Shown here piece by piece: positions 12,001 to 26,118 of a stretch of 64,000 nucleotides of DNA. Position numbers and translations under genes: made by a program. The DNA lies in the NCBI RefSeq assembly GCF_964204645.1, contig NC_134028.1:3038001-3102000 (forward strand). The letters run 5' to 3'. How positions within the stretch are numbered: position 1 is the stretch's first letter; every line of letters starts with the position of its first letter. Origin of the DNA: Tubulanus polymorphus. Taxonomy: Eukaryota > Animalia > Nemertea. Under the pieces are notes generated by a model. It ran no database searches. It was not told where the DNA came from and saw nothing but the letters and a program-made list of their open reading frames with translations.

Positions 12001-15000
12001 TCTCAGAGGTGATACAACAAACAATGCATGAAAATTCAGACAGACCTTTTACTTTAGCTGTCAAATTAGAATTATCCGATGAATTTTCTATCGATGAAGT
12101 CAGAATTCGAAATAGCTGAGATTCTATGTATAAAATTGGCAGTTTCTTCTAATTGTTTTGCGGTGATTTACTGAACTGTAGCAGTAAACAACCGTGTACT
12201 AACATTAATAACTCAGCATCCTGGAAAAAATATAAACAAAGTTATGTAATTATGTAGTATAGTAAAGAGATGTTTAGTGCAAAATACCGAAATAGACTTT
12301 CTGAGAGTTCTGATAAAAGAATGTATTTTTCATATTGATTATCAGGTTGATTTGAATATCTGTGTTCTAGATATCTTGATGAAGTGTTGAGTAGGTCTTC
12401 CTTCGAGAAAAGTGGATGCGTTTATCGCGATTTAGATAATATTCGGATATGAATTGTATACGACTGGTTGAGTAGAGAGATATGTACGTGAAATTGAGAG
12501 GAAATGAAAAAAGTGTGATGGTAGTTTTTTTTTGTTTGAATAACGCATGCGTCGAGGTTTTCGAGCGGCTATAGAAAAAACCCGAACCGGGGTAAATACG
12601 ATATCTACACGTTTGACTCATACTAGCCTACATACACATTCCTCAACTCGATGCATCGCGGAAAATAAGAAAATACAATCTTCTACGGCGGCTTCTCGCT
12701 CTGTGAGAAAATTCGATTTGATTAACATAGTTCATTTTGCCGCATGCGTTTTGCCTATACGGCGATAATCAAGCCGATTTACTTTCATCGGCGTGTTTCT
12801 TGAGGTATAGTCTATCTGCATTAATTTCCTACCAAATTCGGCGTTCTGTATTCCAGACGAGTACGCGAAGAAAATGTTCAATTTCCCTTCGTATTCACCA
12901 ACAAACATCTCTCCCTTTTTTCCTCTCTCTCTCTCTTTCTCTCTCTCGATCGGCGGATCTTTCCTGAGGTATCATTGCATTCATCAGCGCAGAAAGCAAT
13001 CTTTTTTATTACTGTCAGATCGGGGCTTTCCAATTATGATTTGTTTTCAGGATATTATGGACATCAGAAAATGTAAAGTTTAATGAAATGATCAAATTTC
13101 AGTTTGCGTTCGATCGATCGATCGATTGTTTGAAGAACGTTTTCAATATTATTTTACAGCTAATGCAATACCAGTCGGAATAGCTGTAGCGAGGAAAAGA
13201 GAAAACCAATCAAAACAACAGCAGAAGTCAGGGGGTAAATATTTTTCTATCTATATCAAACCGAACGTGTTGGTTTAAAGTAAGAATTGTTGGAAACTCG
13301 TCGATGGTAAAAGCTTCTTGTGCATTAGATTATTAGAGGCAGTTATGAAAAAGTGACAATTTTCTATCAGATAAACGTTCAATAATTTAAAACTGCGACT
13401 TCAATGTTCAATCTCATTAGTTTCGAAAGTCAATTAACCGAAGCAAGTTCAAAATCTATAATTCTCCAATAAAAGATTGATTAATCATTGACGACAAGAA
13501 AAATGTTTAGAATCTCGATTCCACGATTAGAAACCTGTCTAATGGTGATTTAATCTCTTCGAAATCAGCTTTATAATCGTAATATTCCGGAGCCGGATTT
13601 AAATTCCATTCGACATGTTGTTACAATATCATCGATCAAAACACACGATAAAATGAATCGAATGTTTTATTCCTCGTTTCGTTCGTACAGTAGGCTCGAC
13701 GACGACGCAAATAGGTGCAACGCAAAACAGTCGCAAGGATAGGGAAGAGTTCCTCAGACAACAGAAAGAACTCCTATCGCCACAAAACAAACCGACCCAA
13801 TGTCATAGGCCTGAACTCACCTCAAATCTGATAGTTACAGGTAAAAATTCAGTAAATTCTATACGAACACAAAGCCTTTCTAATATCCTAATTTTAAATG
13901 CTAATTTAGTTTGGAATGAACTGACTGTATAGTCCATGGAGCCTAGAGCTCGTATAATGCCAAGAGGTTAATGAAATTGGAGAGATTATTGAAGGGTTAA
14001 TGAATATATCGCTGGCTGTCGGGTCTTGTACGCGCTGGTTCAACTATTTCAACATGTCTTTATGTATCGCATGAATCTTGAGCTCGTTATAAGGAAAAAG
14101 CCTCTCCGAGCAAAAAACCAAATCGATTTCTTTTACCACATGAAAAGATGCACGCCACGAACATCTGTCAGTTTCCTAGCTTCGCGTAGAACATGGCGAT
14201 CTTTATTTTGTCACCATCTGTACCAGGTTGGCTTCAGTTTCACGGTTGAGCTATATAAAATAAACTAATTTTGAAGCTAGAAGTCATCAGTTAATCAGGA
14301 ATAAGACAAAAGAAGGGTGGCTGAAAGCTTAGCTGGATATCGGGGAAAAGTCAGGGAAATTTCTTTTCATTAAGAAAAATCAAGGAATAGTCAGGGGATT
14401 TTGAATAAATCTATAAATCAAGGAAAGGTCAGGGAAATTTGTTGAGATAGCTAGATCGCGCGTAAAATCAAACAGTTTCCGTCTATGTCTTACGTATTTG
14501 ACTGTGTTAATTGATTGAATTCTTAACCGATCAAGTCAGGAAAAACAACGTGCATGTCATGGAATAGTCAGGGAAAAAGTAAGTCCAACAAAAGTAGCCA
14601 TGCCGGATTGGTTTACGTCGGGGTTTTAGGCATAAAACCTAACTTGCTATTATACTAATAACCATTGGGATCAGATGAAGCCTAATTTACATCCGGTATG
14701 CCTGGAGCAGTTGCAATTTATCAGTTTCCTTTGAATAGGAAGTTAAGGAAATGAAATTATAACCATGGTTTTCGCACTTTCACTTGAGAAACATTGTTAC
14801 TAAGCCAGTGTACATGTATGAACCCGGCTTGGTGCGTCTTGCCTAAATCTATTCAAATATATTTCCTGTACAAAACCTTCAAATAACCCGCTCCTCTTTG
14901 TAATGGCTTTTGAGAGGAGCATTCACGTATTAATGACTTTTATCGGGTTATGAGTGCTAATACACCATCTGCTTACATGTGACAAGGCCGCACCAACTAT

Positions 15001-16355
15001 CAGCTAAGTATCAGCCACGATATACGTAGCTTAGTATAAGAGTACATGTATTAACAATTCTAATAGAGACATATTTACCAGAAATGTCATCAGTGAATAT
15101 CTTAAAATCCTACCCACAAGTATATTCGAGTTTCAGCAGCTGTAGATTCTGATGGAGCAGTGCATGGTTATCCGGTACATATTATAAGTTGTTATCAGGC
15201 CCGGATCAGACCTGAGTCAGATTTGGCCCGTGCCTAATTAGATAGTGTGTTCACGCGTAAATCACTCACTCGTTACTAAAATGCGATCAAAATGATGCCG
15301 TGGCAAGTGAGGTGAGTCACTGCCAGAATCAGTTAGCATTCATACGTAATAATCTGACCTGTGCTAAAATTTGACATGGGCCTGGTCCGGGGTTTTTGGT
15401 TGATTCAACTTTGGCCCATTTCAAACAGACACTGACCCATTGGATACTTGTGCGAATGGTTAGCCCGGGCCTCACCTGGCAGGAGCTTTTGGCCCAGGTC
15501 AAGTCAATTGTGTGTTTGCGGTCATCAGCATCTGTAACAAATGCAGGGTGGCGTCTGACCTGGTAAACCTGGGAAACTCAGGGAATCAGAAAAATCTAGG
15601 AAAATATCAGGGAAAACTCACGGAATTTGACAAATTTTGCAATAAAAAAACCCTGGAGTAATTTGGGAATTTGTAAATGGTGGAAATGATATCTAATGAT
15701 CGTATTTCATATTTTTTTAGGTGGTAACAATAACAGTACGACAACATCAGCTGCGAGTATACTCGGCTGGCATGAGACAGACACGCGATCACATCACTTA
15801 GCGCCACCACACCCGCCGTGGCCCATACAGGCCGGTAGCGCCATGGCACCGACGTTTTGGCTCGGACAAGGGCCGTACAGCCTGCCGTCTGCTTTACCCG
15901 TCGATCCTATCTCCATGGCAACGTCGAACGGCTGGAAACTGGCCCAGGATCCATTGACCGGTCAGTTGTACATAATTCCAGCCACGAATCTCGGTAAGAC
16001 ATGATTCAAATTACGGTTCTCATATTGCATTCTTTACTCCTTAGAAATATATTCAGGTAATGACGGAAACCACCATTGGGAATATCGCCTACTCGTGCAT
16101 TATTCATATAGCAACAAGGCGCATCGGTTGTCATATATTCCTAAGTTTTGCGAAAAAAAATTTATGAATTTCTAAATATTTTAACTGGCTATTTACATCA
16201 CAAAAAAATCGCGCTGTTTTTACCGTAGAAAAACAATATTTGGTTTCGTCGAATGTTTCCTGAATGTCGAACGTAAAACCAAATAGCAAAATATCATTTG
16301 TTATTGTAACGTCGATTTGCGACGACCCTAGGAGACTGTTGGTCGTAAAGAGAGC

Positions 16356-16400
<45 letters not shown>

Positions 16401-19400
16401 TCTCTCTCTCTCCCTCATAGGTTGATTTGTAAACCAGTCGCATTTTTCGTAGTGTGTACTACATGCTTTTTGTAAAAAAAAAAACTGATGGAAGCAGTTT
16501 GACAAGCGAATAAAGGGATTGCACTTCAATGGTAGTGAATGAGTCAACAATACTTAAACGCTTCAGTTTAGAATCTATTTTCCTTACTATATATCGATGA
16601 TAATGTGCTCCGCAGAAAAAAAGCGTCGGCAAAAATCATTTTATCTCTATTGTTCGTTCGGAAACTGGTTTATAGAGAATGGAGCGGGGTTGGTCCTCTT
16701 ATTTCGACGGTATTTTCGTAGTCCCCGGCGACCTTCTGATTGTTGGTGAACGCGATAGAAGACTGGTTTCCGGGATATTGTGCTCTCGACGTTAGCTGAC
16801 TGACATGTAGGTCCGATTATCTGGGTATAACTGAGTGCACATTCAGGGGCTAGTAAAAAGAGCGCACAAAAAGCACACATACACCTGTATTACTACATAT
16901 ATATTGCGGTACATGTCATAGATATATATCTCTTGTATGATGAGGGTGAATCGTCTTTCCGAATGGTAAAACTTTCTTCTATCGTAAAAACATCAAAAAC
17001 TATATTCTCGTTATCCTTTTGTGAATATCAACGTCGAACATATAGGAATGTTTTTGTGAAATTATAGGGTGGGCATTGTGAGCGGGAAGATAATGATTTT
17101 CAATAAATAAGTGACAGATTAGGAATGTCACCCGAGGAGGTTGCCACTACTATTCTTTCTGAGAGAATACGTTTATCAAACAAGTCTCCCATCTTATGGT
17201 CAATATGGCTTTATAAAATGACAGATGGGTTTCATTTGTAAATACATCGATGAACGGCTTTGAGATTGTAGTATGCGCCGGGCTGAACGCGACCTCCCAG
17301 ATACAGAGGCAGCTGGAAGCCCGGGTCATGGCCAGAATTCGCTTTCAAGAGCGTAAATTTGAGGAAGGGTGGAGCGAAGTGATACATGAATGGAACGTTG
17401 GAATCTGAAAAGAATTATTAGAATAAAAACAACATTAACTTCATAAGAAATTTCACAGTGTCGGCAACAGCAGCTTTGAGACGAGGCTGATGTATTCCGG
17501 CGTAAAAGGCTCAGAGTAGCGGCAGATTTGTGTAGATCTTTCCATCATCATAAATCCACTTCTGTCTTCAATACGGCACAGTAAATCGCTGAATGAACTG
17601 CGAATGACTCTCCTTCACCCGGAGATGATGCGTCTGCTAAACATGCGTTGGCTTCGCGCCAAATATCTGCGCAAAAACACCACCACCGCCGAGCGAAACA
17701 CAACGTTGCCGGCAGTGTTTTTCAATGTGTCATATGTTTTCGCAAGTATTCTATATAGATATGTTGTCTAACGAAGAAATAACGAAATGTATTTCATCGC
17801 GATGAAACGAGTTTCTACGTTCTATTGATCAATGAATATAATGAATACAGTTATTTGTTGCGTTAAGTCTCATTGTGTTTCTGCATATCCCGGAGGGCAC
17901 ATTTGATTTCTGATTTATTAATTGGTTTTTTTCGCTGAGTTAGATTTATTTCTCGATATATGTAGTCATTCATAATCTGAATTGAAGTTTGTATAGAAAA
18001 ACAACTAAAAAATATTGTTCCCGAGACAAAGCATTCTTTGAGAAAATGCATCTTTTTTTTCAGAGCCAGATATATTTTCTGAGTATATGCAGTGATCAAC
18101 TACTTGTGTTGAATTGATCGACGTTGCATTCAAATTCTATAAAATATACACAAAGCTTTCTTTTAGAAAATGCATCATTTTATTCCGTATGATGCGTGCT
18201 ACTATTTGAAAATCTACAAGGACATTAGAAAAAGACTTGTTTTTCCAAAATATGTACTGCAATATCTAAACGATTTCTATATTGCAGATATGTTGGATCC
18301 GACTCGGATGTGGTCAGGTTACGCGTCGGGATCAACCACTGCCTCCATACAGCCTTTACTCACTGGTCATTCTTCAGCTCAGCTTCAACAAAATCATGAC
18401 CAAAATCGATTATCTGCTAGTCACTCTAATATTCAGGTAATTGTTTCTCTATTTGCCCGTATGCTTAACAAATGATTGAAGTACGATTCCACGTGTTACT
18501 GCAATGAGTTCTTTTTAATTGCGTTCAGCGCTAAGAAGGTCTAGTTCACGAGCTCAATTTGAATGACAAAACATTTAGCTAGTTCGATATCGTGCTTTCA
18601 GATGGCAGCACATTCTTTCCATTAGTATTTCTCGTAAACACGAACATGACAAATGAATACATTGATTGAAGCAGTCGTTCATCAATCTATTTGACAGTAT
18701 AATGATAGTAGAATAGTCAACCTCACACATGGAGAACAATTATATGATACCTGAAGATGATCTCTAGAGTTTGAAACGTTGTGTCATTGGGAAAAACTTG
18801 GGATTTTATTGCAAAATTTACATTTCACATATTGCATTTGCCAAGGGCAACTTTCCTCTGCACTTATTCGCCATTATCAACCAGTAACCATTAAAATGTT
18901 AGTATCCCTATAGTCACCCTTGAAATACTTGGGAAAAACTTGGGAATTTTTAAATCATGTAACTGTGGGAACCATGTTATGTGCTCCATCTTTTATCTTT
19001 GAAATTTGTACTAAGCGGGTTTCAATCATATTTAGTATAATGATGTTAAACAGTTTTGAAGGCAAATTATATTTTCCTCTCTATTTCAGAAACAGAATGA
19101 CGATGGTTCTTCCCTCGTCAAAGTCAGTTCATTTTCGTCCGCTCAAATTGCACCGATTTCGCTGCCGATTACCACGTCTGCTTCGAGCTTATGTTGCGAG
19201 ACGAAAGACAGCGTCGTACCGGCGACAAATCCGTTTTTACCGCGTGGGCTGACGATGGGAACGGGACAAACATATCCATACACATATCCATCGACTCCCA
19301 TACCACTCGTTTACGATCCGAACTACATGCCACCGGTGGCGCCACTTACTCCGGCTATATCGGAGCCGATGATGCAGTCGCGAGGCACGTCTCCGATGGT

Positions 19401-22400
19401 TTTCATGTCGAATATGTCGGATGCGTCGATCGACTCGGCGTCCGAGGACAACGGTCCGTCGTTCTCCGCGATATCAACCGCCGCCGCCGGCGTTTTACAG
19501 TCGACGACTTCCGTGCAGACGTCCGATTTGGAGTCGATGAAAGACTCTTCGAGTCAGTCGTCGGGTGATAATCTGATCGTAGATGTCGATGATGACTCTC
19601 AGACGGAGGAAGAGGAACGACGAGTCGACGAGGAACCGTCTGAGGAGCTGGAAGTGGCGGCCGTGGTCGATTCGACCGAGCCAATGATTTCATCGACGAC
19701 CAGTGATAAATGCGGTGATATTAATGTAGATGTTGTTGATGACGATGTTGACTGTGATCGTGTAGATTCGTCTACTAAGTGTGATCCGGATAGCGACGGT
19801 GATCTGAAAATAGACTGTGATAAATGTAGAGATGATGATGAGGAGGGAGTTGATTTACGAACGATGGAATCGCTAAAGACTGATTCAGAATGTATTCCGT
19901 CGGTCGAATCCGAATCGATTCCGTCTGCTTGTGATACGATTCATAACGATGAATCGGCGGCGAAGTTCGATGAATCCGACGATGCGGTGAACGTTGTTTC
20001 AAATGAATCCGAATCGAAGGAAAATATGTGCGAAGAGACGTGTAAACTGAACGCGGAGAGACCGCAGCGGTCGTTATCGGGTCTCGATGCATTGGTTCAA
20101 GTTATCTCGAATGATTTAGAATCGGAAGAGTTTTGTTCGTCGCGAAGCGTACAGCAGCCGGACGACGATCGTCTCATCGACAATAGCTTTAAAAATCTCG
20201 GTTCAAATTTAGCGTCCGTGTTCAAATACCCCGATAACGTGTTTTCATTGACGTCCGATGATCTTAAGTCGTCATCGGCGAAAATGAATCTGTTGCCCGT
20301 CTGTAATGAATACTCAACGACGAACAGCGGTCTGGATTTACTGAGCGCCCTCGCCGAACAGCGTAGAGATGAACTAATCTCACCTCAGAGTCGTAAATCT
20401 GAGTCTTCGTTATCATCGCTTTGTAGCCCGGATATAAACCGTAATTACGAAGGTTCGTTAGACAAGTGGGATATGTCGTCGTTATCTAGTCCGGGAAGCA
20501 GTAGCGGTGCGAGGACTAGACGTGAAAGTGGTCCAAACAGTCCGTTCAGCCTTTACAGTAAGTTATCAATTACCTTGTGTTTCATTCTACATGCAGAGAA
20601 ACCTGAAATAGGGTGTAGTTACCTAAAGTATAAAACCGATATAAGGATTCTACATTGGATATAAAAATAATGTTTGCAAAAAGGGGACTTATCCAAAATT
20701 TCAGGTGTCCCCCGCTTTGTACGGCCCTGACATGAAAATGACTACAAGAAATTATTAATTTTTTGTTGCAGATGAAATGGATATGACAGAGTTAGAAATG
20801 CGTATGAAACTCGCTGAAATACAACGACGATACAAAGAAAAACAAAAAGAGCTCGCGAAACTTCAACCGAGGAAAGATCGAGAGTAAGTTGAACGATTTC
20901 ACAAATGATACACTTGTTTATGTTCGTGTATATTTTCTCAATGATATTTGAATCGCGGCAATGTAAAAAACCTCAATTGATTTGCTTTTCTTTTTCGCAG
21001 TCATGATAGTAAACGAGGACCAGGCCGACCGAAAAAACGAAAACTATCAAAGCAATCTTCAAAAAGTTCGGACTGGTAAGTGGCAGCATACTGCTAGGAT
21101 GAATTGAGCATTTTTCAATGGTAATCTCTGATTAATCTGTATAAATGGGACATTGATTTTAAAGCTTTTGTTGTTTTTCAGTAAGGAGATGCTTTCTGAT
21201 GGAGATTGTAAGTCACCAAAAATTCTTGAGCCACCACCGCCTAAAAAGAAGAAAACCTCATCCAATAAACCAGAAACAGAAAGTAAAGAGGTAATAAGCG
21301 TTCTTGAGATACTAAGGTATTGAGGGTGAAAAAATCAAAGGTACTAACTAAAAAAACTTGTTTATTGTAGGTGAAATTGAAAGTGTCATCAAAGTCGGTA
21401 AAGAAGAAAGATTTGACAATATCTCAAGTCAGCCCACCAGTAACAACTTGCAAATCTGATAGTCACACCCCTAAACCAGTAGTAGCTGTTGCCACGATAC
21501 AGTCAGCACCTGTGCAAAAACACAAATCTGAGACTGAAGATATTAGGATTGCAACGAAACCAGCAGAGATAAGTGGGTCATGTGAAATATTGAAACCATT
21601 AAAACAAGAAAAGAAGAAAGATGCTGAAAGCGTAATGAAGAAAAAGCAAAAGTTTGAAAATGGTATGCATTAATTTGTTATGATTTCAAGATTCATTTTC
21701 CTGGATAGGAAATAAGAAAGTGTTGAAATTTTGATCTTTTACAGAACCACTTAAACCAAGTGAAAAGTCGGCATCTAAGCAAACTGCGACCACTATCAAA
21801 GTGGAGTCACACGCTCAACAGAAACAACCTTTCATAGTAAAGAAAGAACCAATGTCAGACTCTGACTCTGACTCTGGTATGAATCCATCTTTATCCATTA
21901 GCTTAATCAGTAGAAATCTGTGTTGAATGCTTTACAAAATCGAACATATTTATTCTTTAGAGGACAGCTGGATGACTTTGCAAGAACTGGCTGGTAAAGT
22001 GAAAAGAGAATCTCAAATGCAGATAGACTCAATTAAACAGCAAACTGTTACAGGTATAGACACTAGTGGATTAGGATTGTTGGCTAAATACGCATCAGCT
22101 TCTACTGTCATTGATGCAAAAACAAAACTCAGTGAAAAGAAATCGAACAAGGATATCACAAATGCCCCGGTTAAAAAACGAAAAAAACAAAAAGGTAATT
22201 GATCATTATGTAATTTCTTTGATTATACATAAATAGAATGCATGGAAATTTATCTACTAAATGTGGACTATATGCCTTTGCCTTTATTCTAGATGGTGAA
22301 GCTACTTCAGAAAGTCCAATGTCCAAAAAAAGAAAACCTGGTCGTCCAAAGAAATTGAGCCCTGAAAAGCCATCAGAGACTGGTAAGCAAAAGTGTTACT

Positions 22401-25400
22401 TATTCATTCATTGCATGATAAGAGCTGAAACTGTTTCTCTAACGCATACTGCTAATGATTAATTATAGAAACTATTGTTGCTAAGAAACCGAAGAATATA
22501 GGTCTTCAACTTCAACTGGATCTCGAACGAAAGAAAGAACAACAACAGAACACGGGCGATTCGAAGAAAGATCAAATTAAGATGAAACCCGAGAAGAAAG
22601 ATGATACAAACATAAGTCTAAAGATGAAAGAAAATAAAGCTGCAGAAGTAAACAAAAAAGATGGAGGCAGAGAAATCGATAGGAAGAAACCATCGGTGAA
22701 ACAGGAAACTGAAAAAGTAACCAGTAATCTGAAAGAAATGAAAACAGTAGGAAGTAAACAGGGAAATGTACTTGTGGAGACAACAAAGGACCAAGAAAGA
22801 AATGTTAAGAAACAGAAATCAGAGACTCAGATGGATAAAAAGGAGACTCACAAGAATAAGAAGGAGGTAGAAGAACCAAATGTAAAGAAAGAAAAGTTGG
22901 AGGTGGACACAGAGAACAAGAAGGAAGAACAGATGCCAATAACTAAAAATATGGACAATAAAGAAAAAGATAAGAATAAAACAGCTCTCGTTAAAAAAGA
23001 AACTACAATGACAAAGAACAACGAATCTAAGAAAGAGAGGAATGAAATGGACAAACAAGATAAAGAACGCGAAGCATCAAATAAAGCAATAAGTGAAATG
23101 AGGGTATCCTCATCAACAAATAATGATATTCGTAATGCAGAACTTACTAAACCTCTAAAGGTAAAGATAGTTTCTATTTTATGTCCGTAAAATGTTGTTC
23201 CCTGAAATTGAGGTTTATTTATCACTTCAAATTTACAGATTGAGACTGACAGCCAAAAGTGGTCGCATGAATGGAGCATACGCCGGAGTGAACGCATATT
23301 CCTCAGTGATTCTAGTCCTCAACAATCGCCAAATATGGGTCCGATCTATCGCTCTCCTCCACAACAACATCAACAACCACAGAGCTCATCTCCGCCTACT
23401 CACAATAAATCCTCATCAGTGTCTCCTCCGTCGGACAAGAAATCTCCGCTATTATCGCAGATGCAAACGTTGACCCAGAAGGTAAAGAAGAAGTATTCAA
23501 AAGCGGCGATGAACAAAGGAAAGAAGAAATATGTGAGTGTTATCATAATCTTTGAGAATCTCCCAGTGATTATCAAAAATTGTCACCCGGACCGTTCAAT
23601 GGAGGTGTCCTACTAAATATTTCAGAAACTGCCTGAGAAATTTAAATACAGCGAAATATACACGGACAGCGAACCTGACTCAGATGAAATAGATGAAGAA
23701 GATGAAGACAGTGATAATAAACCATTGACTGCATTTATTGAGAAATCTCGTAAAGCAGGTTAGAAATTCACAATAATCTCCCAATTCAATAATTTAATAT
23801 TTGAAAAATCTTCTGTCTAACTTGGGAATGTATTTTATCTCTTCCAGAGTTGCAATCATGCGTTCTTGACAAGGATGAGTTGAAAGATGGCCTTCGAATT
23901 CTGCTATTCATGGAAGATCTATTTTACGAAGGTGAAGTGAAAGCAATTCAACCTCCTGACATGTAAGTTACAATCTATGCACCCCTGATGTATCCCTGAT
24001 GTTTCGTTGTTTGAAACACATTATGTTGTTGTATATATAGTTATGGTGTTCTGGTTTATGGAGAAAGGGGTAATCGACCACATATTCTACCACAAGAGGA
24101 ACTTTTACGTGAAGCTGTAAGTTCTTCTATTGACCTTTCTTGGGAACAAAAAGCCCTGGACTACATTCTCTTTAATATTGTGAATTTGATATGTATCTAG
24201 GTTTTGGATCTCAAACCAAAAAGTCCCGATGACTTACCAGAAGGTAGACGAATTTGTGCTTATTGGAGTCAACAGTTCAGCTGTCTTTATCCAGGAACAG
24301 TAGCTAAATGTAAGTTGTCCTCACCACTCAAAGAATAGACTCAATCAAACGTCGCTATCAAAATAATAATGGAATTATCTTTATTTCCTATTGCAGCAAG
24401 TCCTAATCCAGATGCAAACAAAAATCTGATAAATGTTGAGTTTGACGATGGTGATTCTGGAAAAATTCCTATGGACCACATTCGAATGTTGCCTCAACAT
24501 TTCCCTCAATGTTGCAGTAAGTAAAAGAATTGATATCAAAAGTGGTATATGTGTATGCCTTCTTGACAAATTTTGATACGTCTTTTGATGATTTGATTTT
24601 TAGCATCCGAGTCAACATTCTTACTAGACCCAGCAAGCAAAAGGAAGAAACGCACTTCATCCGAAGATCTCATGTGTCTCGAAAATAAAGAACGCAAACC
24701 GTCATTGGGCAACACGTTACCTGGGTTCAACCTCGATAAGATCCGCAAGAAATGCAGCACGCTGAAGTACAATAAAGTGGAGAAAAAGGTACGACCTCCG
24801 CAATCATCCGACTCGGACGGCAGCAGTTTCGAAATGAGTAATTTGTGTGAACAGTTGGACAATATTGTATCAAAAGAGCGGAAAAAGAAGAAATACAAGC
24901 GAATAAAAGACATGACAGAGAAGAATTTGTCTGGAAATAAAAATAGATCTTCGGCAATGTTGAAAAAATCACCGTCACACCAGAAACCAATACTCAGTAA
25001 ATCACATTTCAAGAACGGCGCTGATTTCGGTCTGAAAATGAAAAAATCGACGTTGAAAATCGGGCCAGCGAACAATCGTCGAAACGCGAATAATTCTAGT
25101 CGACCGAGTCTGAATTGGGCAAGTTCAGACGACGAGCGATGTTCAGCAGCGACGTCGAGTGAAGAGGAAAGTTCGGACGACGAACAAAACAACAGCCCAA
25201 ATAAACAACAACGACGCAAATCTCCAGCTGCTAAAACACGCAAGTCACCAACTAAAAAAGAGTCTAAATCATCTTCTAAAACTGATGGTACGGCTCTAAT
25301 GTTTCTCCACACAGAATTTCATTCATTTTAGACGATACTCGTGTTTGGTATGTAAGCTATTTTTCATTTCAGTTCTGATTCCGCTGTGCGATATTTGGTC

Positions 25401-26118
25401 GTGGCATGGAAAGAGTACGCAGAGGCCGGGACTGAAAGGCAAAGCAAAGAAGATTTACTTTAAAGCGATACAACGCGGAGATGAAATCATCAAGGTAAAT
25501 TATCATCTTTTTAAATCTCATTCGCGTAATGCTAATAATTTGGTTAATGTTTACGTCATTGTTGTTTTGATAGGTCGGTGATTCAGCGGTGTTTATAAGC
25601 ACGGGACGACCACATTTACCATATGTAGGACGAATAGAGAACCTATGGGAGGCTTGGGGAGGAAACATGGTCGTTCGTGTGAAATGGTTCTATCATCCTG
25701 AAGAGACGAAAGGCTGTGGAAACAAACTCACTGACCCGGATGTAAGTTTTATCATAAATCATAATCATGAAGAATCCCTGAATCAGACCCTAGATCCATC
25801 GCTGATTAATCTCAAAATGTCACTTTCTAAATTACTCCATTCAAAGTACAGCCATATTAGAACAGGCTTACCAGTGATAATGTGAACATATCATACATCA
25901 TGGTTTTGTTATAATTTTAGGACGCATTATTTGAGTCGCCACACGGCGATGATAACGACGTACAGACGATATCTCATCGATGCGAAGTTCTTTCGTACAA
26001 GGAGTATCGAAAACGAGCCGTTTCAGACGCCGATATGACCGACGTTTATTACCTCGCCGGTTATTACGACCCGGTGTTGTCGTACGCGACGTTCCGATCT
26101 CACGTATCTCGCATGTAG
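6028..26118 (+). CDS. BAH and coiled-coil domain protein, BAHCC1/TNRC18 (Drosophila winged eye)-like; multi-exon, 5' exons upstream or outside the window
   Basis: Phase-consistent GT-AG exons: 6028-7332, 8480-9631, 13160-13234 (PVGIAVAR motif), 13691-13840, 15721-15993, 18288-18436, 19090-20557, 20772-20883 ([26 protein letters not shown] coiled coil), 21001-21075 (AT-hook [11 protein letters not shown]), further exons ~21182-23758, tandem Tudor exons ~23848-24516 ([27 protein letters not shown]), 24604-25287, and BAH exons 25373-25494, 25574-25741, 25921-26118 ([29 protein letters not shown]; stop TAG 26116-26118). Confidence 0.92.
7440..7610. mobile_element. Dispersed repeat family A, copy 2 (degenerate, internal inverted repeats)
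   Basis: TACTAAAATGCTATCAAAACG (~7505) resembles TACTAAAATGCGATCAAAATG (~15274). TTCGACCCG/CGGGTCGAA inverted repeat. Confidence 0.45.
11254..11838. mobile_element. Non-autonomous DNA transposon with 10-bp TIR and 5-bp TSD (hAT5-like?), carrying an internal tandem array
   Basis: CATTT|CAGGCCCGTA ... TACGGGCCTG|CATTT: perfect TIR and perfect 5-bp duplication (11249-11253 and 11839-11843). Confidence 0.85.
11281..11591. repeat. 61-bp tandem repeat, 5 near-identical copies
   Basis: Units start at 11281, 11343, 11404, 11465 and 11526. Each contains the near-palindrome CAATTTTCATGAAAGTTG. Confidence 0.95.
14314..14605. mobile_element. Dispersed repeat family B, copy 1 (AGGGTGGC-ended MITE with GTCAGGGAA subrepeats)
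   Basis: 14450-14504 is 54/55 identical to the reverse complement of 51344-51398. Repeated GTCAGGGAA/TCAAGGAA motifs. Confidence 0.75.
15197..15520. mobile_element. Dispersed repeat family A, copy 3
   Basis: Reverse-complement similarity to 1268-1530. Boundaries approximate. Confidence 0.6.
16357..16415. repeat. (CT)n microsatellite
   Basis: Direct reading. Confidence 0.95.

Noticed and set aside
24536-25312. 258-aa antisense ORF, and similar antisense ORFs at 8437-8874 and 22848-23297
   Set aside because: These are shadows of coding exons of the BAH gene on the opposite strand, with no recognisable motifs.
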